Assembly (NCBI GenBank): GCA_035488835.1
Contig: DATHKX010000073.1
Coordinates: 30,690 to 94,689 of the forward strand
Reading direction: 5' to 3'
Source: Gemmatimonadales bacterium
GTDB taxonomy: Bacteria > Gemmatimonadota > Gemmatimonadetes > Gemmatimonadales > GWC2-71-9
DNA: 64,000 nucleotides
The notes under the pieces were generated by a model. It was not told the DNA's origin, made no database searches, and saw nothing but the letters and a program-made list of their open reading frames with translations. The position numbers and the translations under genes were made by a program. Below are positions 34,025-43,800 of the stretch, in pieces (position 1 is the stretch's first letter; every line of letters starts with the position of its first letter).

Positions 34025-36664
34025 TTAGGTCACTAAGATGGTCACGACCTCATGCGGCTCGGCGACGAATCGCACCGTCTTGCCCCGCCCCTCGAGCACC
34101 AGGGCGACCGACTCCCGCTCGTCGGCGCGTACCCGATGGGCACTCTTCACGCTCTCACCGAATCGCCACGCCCCCGCCGCCTTCCGACCGGTCGCGTTGT
34201 AGCACCGCAGCACCAGCGGCGACCCCTGCTGCGCGGGCTTCACCGCCGACAGCACGAGCCCCGATCCTTCCAGCGCGATGTCGACCGCCGTCGGCGCGAG
34301 CTCCACGGCATCGCGCAGCCAGAACCCGCGCAGCGGCAGGAACGCGTCTTCCCAGAGCGACGGGAGCGCGTCGCCGCGCTCCAGCTCGGCTTGCGACACC
34401 GGCGTGATGGCCAGCTCGACCCGACTCCGCCCCGGGCACTGCGCCAGCGGTGTGGATAGGGGCCAGCCCGCGTGGCCCGGCCGGGTGGGGAGGTCGCCAC
34501 GCGACAGCTCGCCCACCGCGCGCAGCAGGGTGACCAGCAGGTCTCCCCGACCCGTCCACTCGTACTCGAAAAAGCCCGGCGCGAACAGCGCGAGTCCACG
34601 CGCTCCGGAGGCCGCCGCCGCGAACCCGTGCGCCGGAGCCGTGCGGACCGGCGTCTCGAGCGGGTAGTCCGCCGGATCGATGGTGACCGGCGGCCGCGCC
34701 ACGGTGCCGAACGCCGTCCCCGCGAGGGCCGCCGCGCCCGCGAGACCAACGGGCAAGCGGGCGCGGACGCGGTGCCAGGCCGCCTGATTATCGATGTCGA
34801 GGATGCAGCGGACCATGGGGCTGTCGGCGTACAGGATGACGACGAGCCGTATCCCCACGCGTCGCCCGATCTCGAGCCGGGCTTCGAGCGCCGCCACGAG
34901 AGGCCCCGCTGCCAATCGCCTGACTTTAATGGGACCCGTCGCGCGCGCGAGCCGGTCCCCCGTCGGCGGGCAGTAGGTGTACGTATCCCCGGCATCACCG
35001 CCGTCCTCGATGCGCAGCAGGTCCGTAAAGCGCTGTCCGCTGCGCCGGTCGTGCAGCGCGAGCGCACCCGTCGGCTCGAGCGCGACCTCGATCCAATGGT
35101 TGATGAGCGAGCGTCCTTTGACGAGCGCGCCTTCGGCTGGAGGACGAGTACCGCCCGTCGCCGTCGCACCGGCGGCCAGGCCGGCGACGGCCAGCCCCAG
35201 TCCAGGCACCGTGGGTGCCCGGAACGCGATGCGCACCTCGTCTACCTCGTCCTGGTCCGGGTAATGGTGCGCCGCGTCGAGCCGCTCCATCCCGATCCGC
35301 CGGTCGAGCACCTGCACGGGAACCATGCGGCCATCCGAGGTCGCGAGCGCGAACGGCCGGTAGCCCGGCCCTTCCCGCGGGACCCGATCCCCGCGCGGAC
35401 CGACCAGCACGTCGCGCCGGAACAGCGTGACGTCGGCGATCATGACCCCGCGGCGGGGACGGGCCGCGGGATTCCAGACCACGAGCGTGGGCGACGCTGA
35501 CGCCGCGCGGCCGCGCGCTGCGTCGGGATCGTGGTGCACGAGGTCGTGCACGCTGCCCCGCACCACCTCCCGCGCCAGGGCCTCGACGCTCGTGAGCCGG
35601 GCGTCGACCGCGCGCGCGACGTCGTCGCCCGCGCAGCCCGCGATGGCATCATGGAACTGGCAGCGCACCAATGCGCGCCACGCGAGCTCGAGTACCGGCC
35701 GCCGGTCGCGTCCTCCCGCGCGCCGCGCCAGCGCCGCGAGCGGCTCGGCGAGGCGCACGACCGCGAGCTCGGCCGCGGAATACCGCCGCTTGAGCGGTGC
35801 CCGCGTCCCGTGCACGCCCTGGAGCGTCCACGCGTAGCGATAGGACCAGCGCAGCTCTCCTGCGAGGGGCGCCGGCTTCGCGCCGTCCGCCGCGGCTTGA
35901 AAGAATTCATCGAGCCGTGATACGCGGAACGCGCTCTGCGGGTCGAGCTCCGCGAGCAGGTCGCGGAGCCGCGGCACGTCCGGATGCGCCGCGTGGTGAT
36001 CGGCGCCGATGAACACGGGGATGTGCTTGCCAGTGGCGCGTTGGACCAGCTCACCCCGCACCGGAGCCCAGGCGGCAAACAGGCGCTCGGCATCGGCGGG
36101 CAGCGCGGCCCCGATCTCGTACCCCGCGCGCGGCAGGTGCCACAGCACGACTTCCTTGTCGTCGAGCCCGCGCCAGCGGTAGAGGTCGCGTTCCTGACCC
36201 ACCTCGCCCCCCAAACCGCGCCACACCACGCCGTAGCGGATCCCAAACTCGCGCGCCAGCGTCGGCCAGGCGGGAGGATGCCCGAAGGCATCGGGGGAGT
36301 ACAGCACGTCGAGGCGCCCGCCCAACCGCTCCGCGTCCGCGGCGCCGAGCAGGAGGTTCCGCACCAGCCCTTCGCCCGACGGGATCTGCTCGTCGGCGAG
36401 CACGTACCACGGCCCCACCTGCAGCCGGCCCGTCTTCACGAGCGCCCGGACGTCGCCTTCACGGTCCGGCCGGGCCCGCAAGTAATCCTCGAGCAGCACC
36501 GTCTGCCCGTCCAGCAAAAAGCTGCGGTACCCCGGGTTCGCCAGCAGCCGCTCCATGAGATCGTCGGTGACCGCCACGAGGCGGGCCTGGAGCGCGGCGC
36601 GCGGCAGATACCACTCGCGGTCCCAGTGGGTGTGCGGGATCAGATGAAAGATCAGCCCGGTCAT
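34025..36664 (-). CDS. Glycoside hydrolase family 38 alpha-mannosidase (no signal peptide)
   Basis: Starts MTGLIFHLIPHTHWDREWY (GH38 N-domain motif) at residue 87 of ORF 34025..36922. About 880 aa. Confidence 0.85.
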   Translation of the reverse strand: MTGLIFHLIPHTHWDREWYLPRAALQARLVAVTDDLMERLLANPGYRSFLLDGQTVLLEDYLRARPDREGDVRALVKTGRLQVGPWYVLADEQIPSGEGLVRNLLLGAADAERLGGRLDVLYSPDAFGHPPAWPTLAREFGIRYGVVWRGLGGEVGQERDLYRWRGLDDKEVVLWHLPRAGYEIGAALPADAERLFAAWAPVRGELVQRATGKHIPVFIGADHHAAHPDVPRLRDLLAELDPQSAFRVSRLDEFFQAAADGAKPAPLAGELRWSYRYAWTLQGVHGTRAPLKRRYSAAELAVVRLAEPLAALARRAGGRDRRPVLELAWRALVRCQFHDAIAGCAGDDVARAVDARLTSVEALAREVVRGSVHDLVHHDPDAARGRAASASPTLVVWNPAARPRRGVMIADVTLFRRDVLVGPRGDRVPREGPGYRPFALATSDGRMVPVQVLDRRIGMERLDAAHHYPDQDEVDEVRIAFRAPTVPGLGLAVAGLAAGATATGGTRPPAEGALVKGRSLINHWIEVALEPTGALALHDRRSGQRFTDLLRIEDGGDAGDTYTYCPPTGDRLARATGPIKVRRLAAGPLVAALEARLEIGRRVGIRLVVILYADSPMVRCILDIDNQAAWHRVRARLPVGLAGAAALAGTAFGTVARPPVTIDPADYPLETPVRTAPAHGFAAAASGARGLALFAPGFFEYEWTGRGDLLVTLLRAVGELSRGDLPTRPGHAGWPLSTPLAQCPGRSRVELAITPVSQAELERGDALPSLWEDAFLPLRGFWLRDAVELAPTAVDIALEGSGLVLSAVKPAQQGSPLVLRCYNATGRKAAGAWRFGESVKSAHRVRADERESVALVLEGRGKTVRFVAEPHEVVTILVT

Positions 36665-36683
36665 CGCGCCTAAGGCTAAGGGG

Positions 36684-39056
36684 ATGCCGGGAGTCCCGCG
36701 AGCGGCCATATTGCGACTCATGCTCAAGCGCTCCCTGCTCGCGCTGCCCGCCATCGCCGGCGCGGCGCTCCTCGCCACGCGTCTCGTCCCGGGCTCGTTG
36801 CCGGACGGGTCCACGCTGCTCCCCTCCGGCTGGCGTATTCGACCGGCCGGCCGCGCCGTCCCCGTCGGCACGCTCCCCTTGAACCTCGTGACGCTCTCCG
36901 ACGGGTCCGTCCTCGTCACCAACGACGGCTACGGCGAGAACAGTCTGATGCGTATCGACCCGGTGCGCGCCCACGTCGTGTGGCGCGTGCCGTTGCCCGC
37001 GGCGTGGCTCGGCCTGGCGCGTACGGGCCGGGACTGGCGCGACACCGTGTGGGCGAGCGGGGGCACGACCAATCGGGTGTATCGCTTCGCGTGGCAGGGC
37101 GGCGCGTCGTGGATCCGGGACAGCGTGGCGCTCGCCGATTCCGGCGCGAAGCTCTACGCCGCTGGCCTCGCGCCGCTTCCGCGGCAGGGGCTGGTGGCGG
37201 TGGTCGGCAACCTGAGCGATTCGGTCTACTTCATCGACGCCGCCACGCTCGAGCGCCGGGGGGCGGTGGCGGTGGGCCACCGGCCGTACACCGCGGTCGC
37301 CGGCGGGAGCACCCTTTACGTCAGCGACTGGGGCGACTCGACCGTCTCCGTCATCGACCTGTCCGTCAGTCCGCCGGTCCGCCGGTCCGCCCTCTTCGTC
37401 GGGCCCCATCCCTCCGCCCTGGCCCTGCGCGGCTCGGAGCTGTTCGTCGCGCTCGCGGGAGCGAACGGCGTGGCGCGGGTCGATCTCACGACGGGCAAGG
37501 TGCGCGAGCAGCTCACGGTCGCGCTCGCGCCGCACGCGCCTCCGGGGAGCGATCCCAACGCGCTCGCCTTCTCTCCCGACGGCCGCACGCTGTACGTGGC
37601 GATGGCCGGGAACAACGCGGTGGCCGTGGTGCGCCTCGGTCCAAAGGGAATGCGCGTCGCCGGCCTCATCCCCGCCGGGTGGTATCCCAGCGCCGTCGCC
37701 GCCTCGGCGGATGGGCGCACCCTCTACGTCGCGAACGGAAAGGGTAACGGCTCCGGCGCGAATTCGGACGGCACGTACATCGGCAACGTCATCAGCGGCT
37801 CCGTGTCCATCATCCCGGTTCCCGACTCCGCGGGGCTGCGGCGATACACGAGTCAGGTGTACGCCTTGAGTCCGTTTTCCAATGCGCGTCTTGGTGCGGC
37901 CGTCCGATCCTCTGACCGTCCGCCCGAGCTCAAGCACGTGGTCTATATCATCCGGGAGAACCGGACCTACGATCAGGTGTTGGGGGACGTCGCGCGCGGC
38001 AACGGCGATGCGCGCCTCGCGATCTTCGACAACGCGGTAACGCCAAACGCGCACGCAATCGCTGCTCGCTGGGTGTTGTTCGACAACTTCTACGTGAACG
38101 GCGAGGTCTCGGCCGACGGCCACGAATGGACCGACCGGGCGTTCGCGAGCGACTACAACGAGAAGACGTGGCCCCAGATCTACTCGGATCGGCGCGAGTG
38201 GGACTTGACCAGCGGAGAGGACCTCGCCAACCCCGGCGGGACCTACCTGTGGGACGCCGCGCAGCGGCAAGGACTCTGGGTGGTCAACTTCGGTGAGATG
38301 ACCCAGTCAGACGACGGCGACTCGACCGCCGCGCGCACGGGCCGCACTGACATCCCGGGCCTGAAGAACATCACGGCCGCGAACTATCCCGGCTTCGTGC
38401 TCGCCATCGCGGACACGACACGCGCGCGGCTGTTCGCCGACTCGGTCGCGAGCTGGGACCGGCAAGACCGGTTCCCGGACCTGGTAATCGTGTGGCTGCC
38501 GCGCGACCACACCCTCGGCCGCCGCGCGTCACAGCCCACGCCCCGAGCCATGGTGGCCGACAACGATCTCGCGCTCGGGCTGATCGTGGAGCGCCTCTCG
38601 CAATCCCGTGCGTGGCCATCGCTCGCGGCCTTCGTCCTCGAAGACGACGCGCAGAATGGCCCCGACCACGTGGACGCGCACCGCTCGGTTCTCCTGGTCG
38701 CGTCCCCCTATGCCCGCCGCGACGCCGTCGACAGCACGTTCTACACGACCGCCTCAGTGCTGCGCTCCATCGAGCAGATCCTCGGCCTCGCGCCGCTGAG
38801 CCAGTACGACGCCGGCGCCACGCCTCTGTGGAACGCCTTCACCCGACGCCCCGACTCGATGTCCTTTTCCCATTTGCCGAACACGTGGCCCCTTCACGAG
38901 CTCAACTCCAGTGCGTTCCGTTCTCGCATCCCGAGCCGAGATCTGGCGGGGGCGGATGAAGCGGACGAGATGGAGTTGAATCGCGAGATTTGGGAGAGCG
39001 TGCGGCCGGGGGAGCGCATGCCGGCGCCCCGAAGCGCCATGCTACAGGGACGCTAG
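36684..39056 (+). CDS. Bifunctional YncE-like beta-propeller / phosphoesterase (PlcN/AcpA family) secreted protein
   Basis: Signal peptide, then YVTN-type repeats (LYVSDWGDSTVSVIDL, LYVAMAGNNAVAVV, LYVANGKGNG). The phosphoesterase motif follows: HVVYIIRENRTYDQVLGD. An alternative start at 36720 is possible. Confidence 0.75.
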   Translation: MPGVPRAAILRLMLKRSLLALPAIAGAALLATRLVPGSLPDGSTLLPSGWRIRPAGRAVPVGTLPLNLVTLSDGSVLVTNDGYGENSLMRIDPVRAHVVWRVPLPAAWLGLARTGRDWRDTVWASGGTTNRVYRFAWQGGASWIRDSVALADSGAKLYAAGLAPLPRQGLVAVVGNLSDSVYFIDAATLERRGAVAVGHRPYTAVAGGSTLYVSDWGDSTVSVIDLSVSPPVRRSALFVGPHPSALALRGSELFVALAGANGVARVDLTTGKVREQLTVALAPHAPPGSDPNALAFSPDGRTLYVAMAGNNAVAVVRLGPKGMRVAGLIPAGWYPSAVAASADGRTLYVANGKGNGSGANSDGTYIGNVISGSVSIIPVPDSAGLRRYTSQVYALSPFSNARLGAAVRSSDRPPELKHVVYIIRENRTYDQVLGDVARGNGDARLAIFDNAVTPNAHAIAARWVLFDNFYVNGEVSADGHEWTDRAFASDYNEKTWPQIYSDRREWDLTSGEDLANPGGTYLWDAAQRQGLWVVNFGEMTQSDDGDSTAARTGRTDIPGLKNITAANYPGFVLAIADTTRARLFADSVASWDRQDRFPDLVIVWLPRDHTLGRRASQPTPRAMVADNDLALGLIVERLSQSRAWPSLAAFVLEDDAQNGPDHVDAHRSVLLVASPYARRDAVDSTFYTTASVLRSIEQILGLAPLSQYDAGATPLWNAFTRRPDSMSFSHLPNTWPLHELNSSAFRSRIPSRDLAGADEADEMELNREIWESVRPGERMPAPRSAMLQGR

Positions 39057-40352
39057 CCCGCTCACGTCCTCGGGCCGCCGCAGGTGGACATGGGCCACGC
39101 GGCGCCCCCGGGCGAGCAGCGCCCGAATGTCGCCCCGCGCCTGCGCGCGCTTCAGCCGGCCGAACGTGGTACCCATTTCCGGGATGTCGGCATCCTCCGC
39201 GTCGTCCGCGGTCACCACCAGGAACAGCCCCGTGTTCGGCCCGCCCTTGTGCAGCTGGCCCGTGGAGTGGAGGTAACGCGGGCCGAACCCGAGTGTGGTC
39301 GCGCAGCCCAGGCCGCGGGCCCAGGCCGCGCGCACGGCTTGCAGCCGGGCCGCGATGTCGGGCGTGGGCGGGAGGTAGGCGAGGATGGCGAGATAGTCTC
39401 CCGGCCGGGCGGCCCGGCGCAGGGATTCCGGGGTGAGCGTCGGTAGGGGCGCCTCCTCCCCACCCCGACGCGCCAGCTCGGTGCGCGCCAGCGCTTTCGC
39501 CTCCTCCACGTCGGGCTGGTCGAAGGCGTTCACACCCAGACGGGTGCACAGCTCCCAGGTGGTGTACCCCCACGCCAGGAACTCCGCGCCCAGCAAGAGC
39601 GGATCGGCGGGGAAGTCGCTCACGATCTGACCGTCGGGACGTGGAGCCGTGATCGGGTCATCGACCACGGGGACGACGCCGCGTCCGTCTTTCCCGGTGC
39701 TCTCCGCCACGAGCTGCTCGATCCAGTCGGCCAGTCGCGCCACCGCCGTCGGCGGCCGAAGCACCAGCTTGTCGCGCCCCGCGAGCGCCCCCTCGGCGAG
39801 CCGTGCCCCGCGCGACCGCGCCGCGTCCGTGTCGACGGCGAGCGCCCGCTCGAGGAGATCGCGGCCGTTCACCCCGAGCAGCGCGGCGGGCAGCATCCCG
39901 ACCACGGTGAGGGCGGCGAACCGGCCGCCCACGTCCGGTGGATGGGGCAACACGGCGCGGAATCCGCGCTCCCGCGCGAGAGCCTCGAGCGGGCTCCCCG
40001 GATCGGTGATCGCCACGAAGCGCGCCGGCTCGGCACGCGCGGCAAGATAGTGGTAGAACGCGAGCGTTTCGACGGTGCTGCCGGACTTGCTGCAGACGAT
40101 CAACAGCGTGCGGTCGAACTCCGCCGCGCGCGCCACCGCGATCACAGCGCTCGGGTCGGTGCTATCGAGCACGGACAGGGACGGATTCGCGAAGCTCGAC
40201 GCGAGCACGGCCGGCGCGAGGCTCGACCCACCCATCCCGCACACGACGGTGCGGGTCAGGCCGTCGTGCCTCGCCGCGTCGGCGAAGCGCACGAGATCGT
40301 CCCATTGCGCGAGCGAGGCGCGCGGCGCGGTCGTCCAGGCCATACGGTCCAT
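39042..40352 (-). CDS. pgi: Glucose-6-phosphate isomerase (short SIS-domain type)
   Basis: VVCGMGGSSLAP, CSKSGSTVET and GGRFAALTVVG. Start is ATG 40352 or 40397. The 3' end overlaps the convergent gene by 15 nt. Confidence 0.82.
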   Translation of the reverse strand: MDRMAWTTAPRASLAQWDDLVRFADAARHDGLTRTVVCGMGGSSLAPAVLASSFANPSLSVLDSTDPSAVIAVARAAEFDRTLLIVCSKSGSTVETLAFYHYLAARAEPARFVAITDPGSPLEALARERGFRAVLPHPPDVGGRFAALTVVGMLPAALLGVNGRDLLERALAVDTDAARSRGARLAEGALAGRDKLVLRPPTAVARLADWIEQLVAESTGKDGRGVVPVVDDPITAPRPDGQIVSDFPADPLLLGAEFLAWGYTTWELCTRLGVNAFDQPDVEEAKALARTELARRGGEEAPLPTLTPESLRRAARPGDYLAILAYLPPTPDIAARLQAVRAAWARGLGCATTLGFGPRYLHSTGQLHKGGPNTGLFLVVTADDAEDADIPEMGTTFGRLKRAQARGDIRALLARGRRVAHVHLRRPEDVSGLASL

Positions 40353-40419
40353 ACGGCCGCGAAACTTAACGCCCTCGCGGCCGGTGGCGCGCACCATTAG
40401 GTTAGCCCCAAGGTCGCTC

Positions 40420-42945
40420 GTGCCTTCCCTTACCCGGCAGACTCGCGCGCTGGTGGCGATCGCCGCCGGATCCTTCCTCGCGATCGTTCTGGCCTACTCG
40501 CTCGTCCCGGCGTCTCGCAAGGCGCTGGTGTCCGATGTGTCCGGGATGTGGGCGATGCTGTACGCGATCGCCTGTTGCGCCGTCGCCGCACGCCGCCACC
40601 CCTCCGCCGATCAGCGGCGCGCCTGGGTATGGGTCGGCGCCGGGTGCGTCCTGTTCCTGGCGGGCCAGCTCGTCTGGAGTTACTACGAGCTGATCCGCCG
40701 CGTGACGCCGCCCTACCCCTCCCTCGCGGACGCGGGCTACCTGGGCGTCTACGTTTGCTTCCTCGTGGCAGTGACGAAGCTGGTCGAGGCCGAGCCGCGC
40801 CGTCGATTCGACCACGAGCTGCTGATCGACACCGTGCTCGTCACACTCACGGCGGGCGCGCTGGCCTACGAGTTCCTCCTCAAGCCCCTCTTCGCCCTGG
40901 CGGGCAGCGTCCCGGCGCTTCTCACGAGCATCGCCTGGTCGATCGGCGGCATCGGCGTGCTCTGGCTGATCCTGGTGGAGCTGCTGCGCCACACTCGGGT
41001 TCCCCTGGCCGCGGCGGGCGTCGTGACCGCGCTGGGGCTCTTGTGCGTCACCAACGTCGTATACGCCACGGCCGCGCTCCGGGGCACGTTCCACGTGGGC
41101 GGTTTCCCCGATCTCGGTTGGGACGCAGGCTTGTTGCTGCTCGCCGCTGCCGCGGCCGTGGCGCCCGCCTCCCCGCCGACGACGGGGGCCGGTGCGCGCG
41201 CCATCTCGGGCAACGTGGCGCGCATCGCGGCGCTCGTGATCGGGCTCGCCGGCATCGGCGCGGTGGCGATCAGAGACGCGTTGTCCCCCGAGCCCGACAC
41301 GGGGAGCGCCGTACTCATCGCGCTGGCCGTCGTGATCATCGGGTTGCGATTGGTCCATTCCACGCGCGCCGACCGGCGCTACGCGACGCTGCTCGAGAAC
41401 GAGGTCGCGAGCCAGACCCGATCGCTCATGGACTCGCTCGCGGCCACCGCCGCCGCGGAGCGCAATCTGCGGCTCCTCATGAACGCCGTGCCCGATTCGA
41501 TCGTGGTGGTCGACCGCGAGGGGCGCATCCTCGAATCGAACGGGCCCACCCGCGTGATGGGTGCGCTCTCCGGGCCGCCGGAAAACCGCAGCATCTTCGA
41601 GTTCCTGGACGCCGGCGCGACGGCGGTCGTCCGGGAGAAGCTGGCCGCGACGTTTCGTGGGGAGATCCAACGCTTTGAGATTCCCTTCTCGCGCGACGAC
41701 GGAACCCACGGGGTTGCCGCCGCGCTGTACGCCCCCATCCGCGAAGCCAGCCGGATCACCAGAGTCTTGATCCTGGCGCGCGACATCACCGAGCAGAAGC
41801 GCAACGAGTCCCAGTTCCAGCAGGCCGAGAAGCTCGCCGCCATGGGACAGCTCGTGAGCGGCGTGGCCCACGAAATCAACAACCCGGCGGCGATCATCTC
41901 CGGCTTCGCGCAGACGCTGCTGCTGGACGAATTGAAGTCCGAGCACCGCGAGATGCTGCAGATGATGTACGACGAAGCGACGCGCATCGGACGCATCACG
42001 TCCAATCTTCTGGCGTTCGCCCGTGCCGGCAGCAACCAGCGCGCCCTCGTGGACATGAACGACATCGCGCGCCGCACGTTTGCCCTGCGCTCCTACCACC
42101 TCTCGACGCTCAACATCGCGGTCTCCCTCGACCTCGACTCCAGTGAGCCGAAGATCTGGGCCGACGCCTCCGAGCTCCAGCAATTGATCCTCAACCTGCT
42201 CATCAACGCGGAGCAGGCGCTCGTGACCGTCGAGGGACCGCGCGCGATCGACGTGCGGACTCGCGCCGACGAGGGCGAGGCCCGACTCGAGATCGCCGAC
42301 TCCGGACCCGGTGTTCCGGCCGAGATCCAGAGCAAGATCTTCGACCCGTTCTTCACCACCAAACCCGAGGGCGTTGGCACGGGCCTCGGGCTCTCCATCT
42401 GCTATGGGATCGCCCGAGAGCACGGCGGCCGCCTCTGGGTGGAGTCGGAGCCCGGGCACGGGGCGCGCTTCGGGGTCACACTGCCCCGCGACCCGCGCGA
42501 GGAATCCCGACCCGAGCCCAAGACGCCGGACGTCGCGCCGGCCGCCGGCGAACTCACGGTGCTCGTGGTGGACGACGAGACCGCACTCCGCAGCGCGCTA
42601 CTGCGGTTCCTCGGCCGCCGCGGCATCCGAGGTGAGGGCGTCTCGGACGGCGCCGAGGCGCTGCGCGTGCTGCAACAGCGCGACTTCGACGTGATCATCT
42701 CCGACGTGCGCATGCCCGGGATGAGCGGGCGGGAGTTGCTCGAGCGGCTCCAGCGGGATCGGCCGGATCTCGTCCCGCGCGTCGTGTTCAGCACGGGCGA
42801 CACGTTCGCACCAGACACCGCGGCCCTCCTGAAAGAGTCGGGGGTGCCGACGGTGACCAAACCGTTCGACTTCGCGATGCTCGAGAGGGTGATCCGGGAT
42901 GTCGTTACCCGCGTCGCGGCGGGGCGGCCCAGGACGTCCGGGTGA
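40420..42945 (+). CDS. Hybrid sensor histidine kinase (polytopic membrane sensor, PAS, HisKA, HATPase, REC)
   Basis: GTG at residue 116 of ORF 40075..42945. About 9 TM helices. H-box SGVAHEINNPAA. G-box GVGTGLGLSICYGI. Receiver domain VLVVDDE...DVIISDVRMPGMSG...KPF. Confidence 0.85.
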   Translation: MPSLTRQTRALVAIAAGSFLAIVLAYSLVPASRKALVSDVSGMWAMLYAIACCAVAARRHPSADQRRAWVWVGAGCVLFLAGQLVWSYYELIRRVTPPYPSLADAGYLGVYVCFLVAVTKLVEAEPRRRFDHELLIDTVLVTLTAGALAYEFLLKPLFALAGSVPALLTSIAWSIGGIGVLWLILVELLRHTRVPLAAAGVVTALGLLCVTNVVYATAALRGTFHVGGFPDLGWDAGLLLLAAAAAVAPASPPTTGAGARAISGNVARIAALVIGLAGIGAVAIRDALSPEPDTGSAVLIALAVVIIGLRLVHSTRADRRYATLLENEVASQTRSLMDSLAATAAAERNLRLLMNAVPDSIVVVDREGRILESNGPTRVMGALSGPPENRSIFEFLDAGATAVVREKLAATFRGEIQRFEIPFSRDDGTHGVAAALYAPIREASRITRVLILARDITEQKRNESQFQQAEKLAAMGQLVSGVAHEINNPAAIISGFAQTLLLDELKSEHREMLQMMYDEATRIGRITSNLLAFARAGSNQRALVDMNDIARRTFALRSYHLSTLNIAVSLDLDSSEPKIWADASELQQLILNLLINAEQALVTVEGPRAIDVRTRADEGEARLEIADSGPGVPAEIQSKIFDPFFTTKPEGVGTGLGLSICYGIAREHGGRLWVESEPGHGARFGVTLPRDPREESRPEPKTPDVAPAAGELTVLVVDDETALRSALLRFLGRRGIRGEGVSDGAEALRVLQQRDFDVIISDVRMPGMSGRELLERLQRDRPDLVPRVVFSTGDTFAPDTAALLKESGVPTVTKPFDFAMLERVIRDVVTRVAAGRPRTSG

Positions 42946-42975
42946 CGACCTCCCCGGCCCCCGGTCCCGGTCCGT

Positions 42976-43452
42976 CTACTCGACCCGCGTAGAGAGGAGT
43001 CGGTAGACTCCGTACACCGCTCCGGCCAGGAGCAAGGCGAGCGCGAGCAGGATAGCCAGGAGCCAGCCGAGCCTGCGCCGCGAGTCCCCGAGTCGGCGCG
43101 CCACCGGCATCTCAGGCGCTGTGCCGAGGCCTTCGACAATCAGCGTGGGTCCGCCGCGTCCGAGGGTTATCCGGTCGCCGAGCCGGACGGGCACGGCCGC
43201 GGCGACCGGCTCGTCGTTCAGGAAGGTTCCATGCTTCGACCCGGCGTCGCGCACCGACAGGCCGCCTGACGTGCCCACGGTGAGCTCCGCGTGGATGCGG
43301 GACACGATACCCTCGGGCGCGTCGACCGGCTGGACCTCACACTCGTGCCCCCGCCCGATCCGGATGCGCACGCCCCGCGCCTCGTAATGCCGCCCAGTCC
43401 CCGCGTCGAGCAGGGTGATGCCGTACGCCCGCGCTCCGGGCCGATCGGTCAC
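42976..43452 (-). CDS. FHA-domain protein with a C-terminal membrane anchor
   Basis: FHA core IRIGRGHECEVQP...VSRIHAELTV...LSVRDAGSKHGTFLND. TM helix WLLAILLALALLLAGAVYGVY. Start is GTG 43452 (GAGG located 8 nt upstream) or GTG 43461. Confidence 0.75.
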   Translation of the reverse strand: MTDRPGARAYGITLLDAGTGRHYEARGVRIRIGRGHECEVQPVDAPEGIVSRIHAELTVGTSGGLSVRDAGSKHGTFLNDEPVAAAVPVRLGDRITLGRGGPTLIVEGLGTAPEMPVARRLGDSRRRLGWLLAILLALALLLAGAVYGVYRLLSTRVE

Positions 43453-43462
43453 GGCTGCCACC

Positions 43463-43714
43463 TCAGTTGGGACGCTGCGCGACTCCCCTGGCGCGGCGAT
43501 CGGGCACGAGGCGGCGTGGTACCAGGGAGCGCCGCACCGCCCGGCGGCGCTCGCCGCCCCCACGCCGCTGAAGGCCGGCGCGGCGCTCGCTGGGCACCGG
43601 GGTGTCCGCCGTCCGCCGATCGGTCGGCTCCCGCCGATCGACGCCGGAGCGACGGTCGTCCAACTGACGCCGGTCGCCCCGGGTGCGGCGGTCGGGGAGC
43701 GGTTCGTAACCCAT
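43463..43714 (-). CDS. Arg/Asp-rich repeat miniprotein (83 aa), function unknown
   Basis: Begins MGYEPLPDRRTRGDRRQLDDRRSGVDRREPTDRR... with five DRR units encoded by different codons. Third-codon positions are GC-rich. GAGAGGG lies 5 nt before the ATG. The stop lies 1-10 nt before the FHA gene start. Confidence 0.42.
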   Translation of the reverse strand: MGYEPLPDRRTRGDRRQLDDRRSGVDRREPTDRRTADTPVPSERRAGLQRRGGGERRRAVRRSLVPRRLVPDRRARGVAQRPN

Positions 43715-43800
43715 GGCGCCCTCTCGCTGGCGGCGGGTGGGCGGCAAACTTATCGGCCGGCGGGAGCCCCGGCTAGGGTGATGCTAGCTTTGAGCACGTC

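Noticed and set aside
36670-36681. CTAAGG x2 in the 19-bp gap between divergent starts 36664 and 36684
   Set aside because: It is too short to interpret. It probably just contributes the AAGGGG ribosome-binding site of the plus-strand gene. The tiny gap more likely means that one start (alternative ATG at 36720) is mis-assigned.
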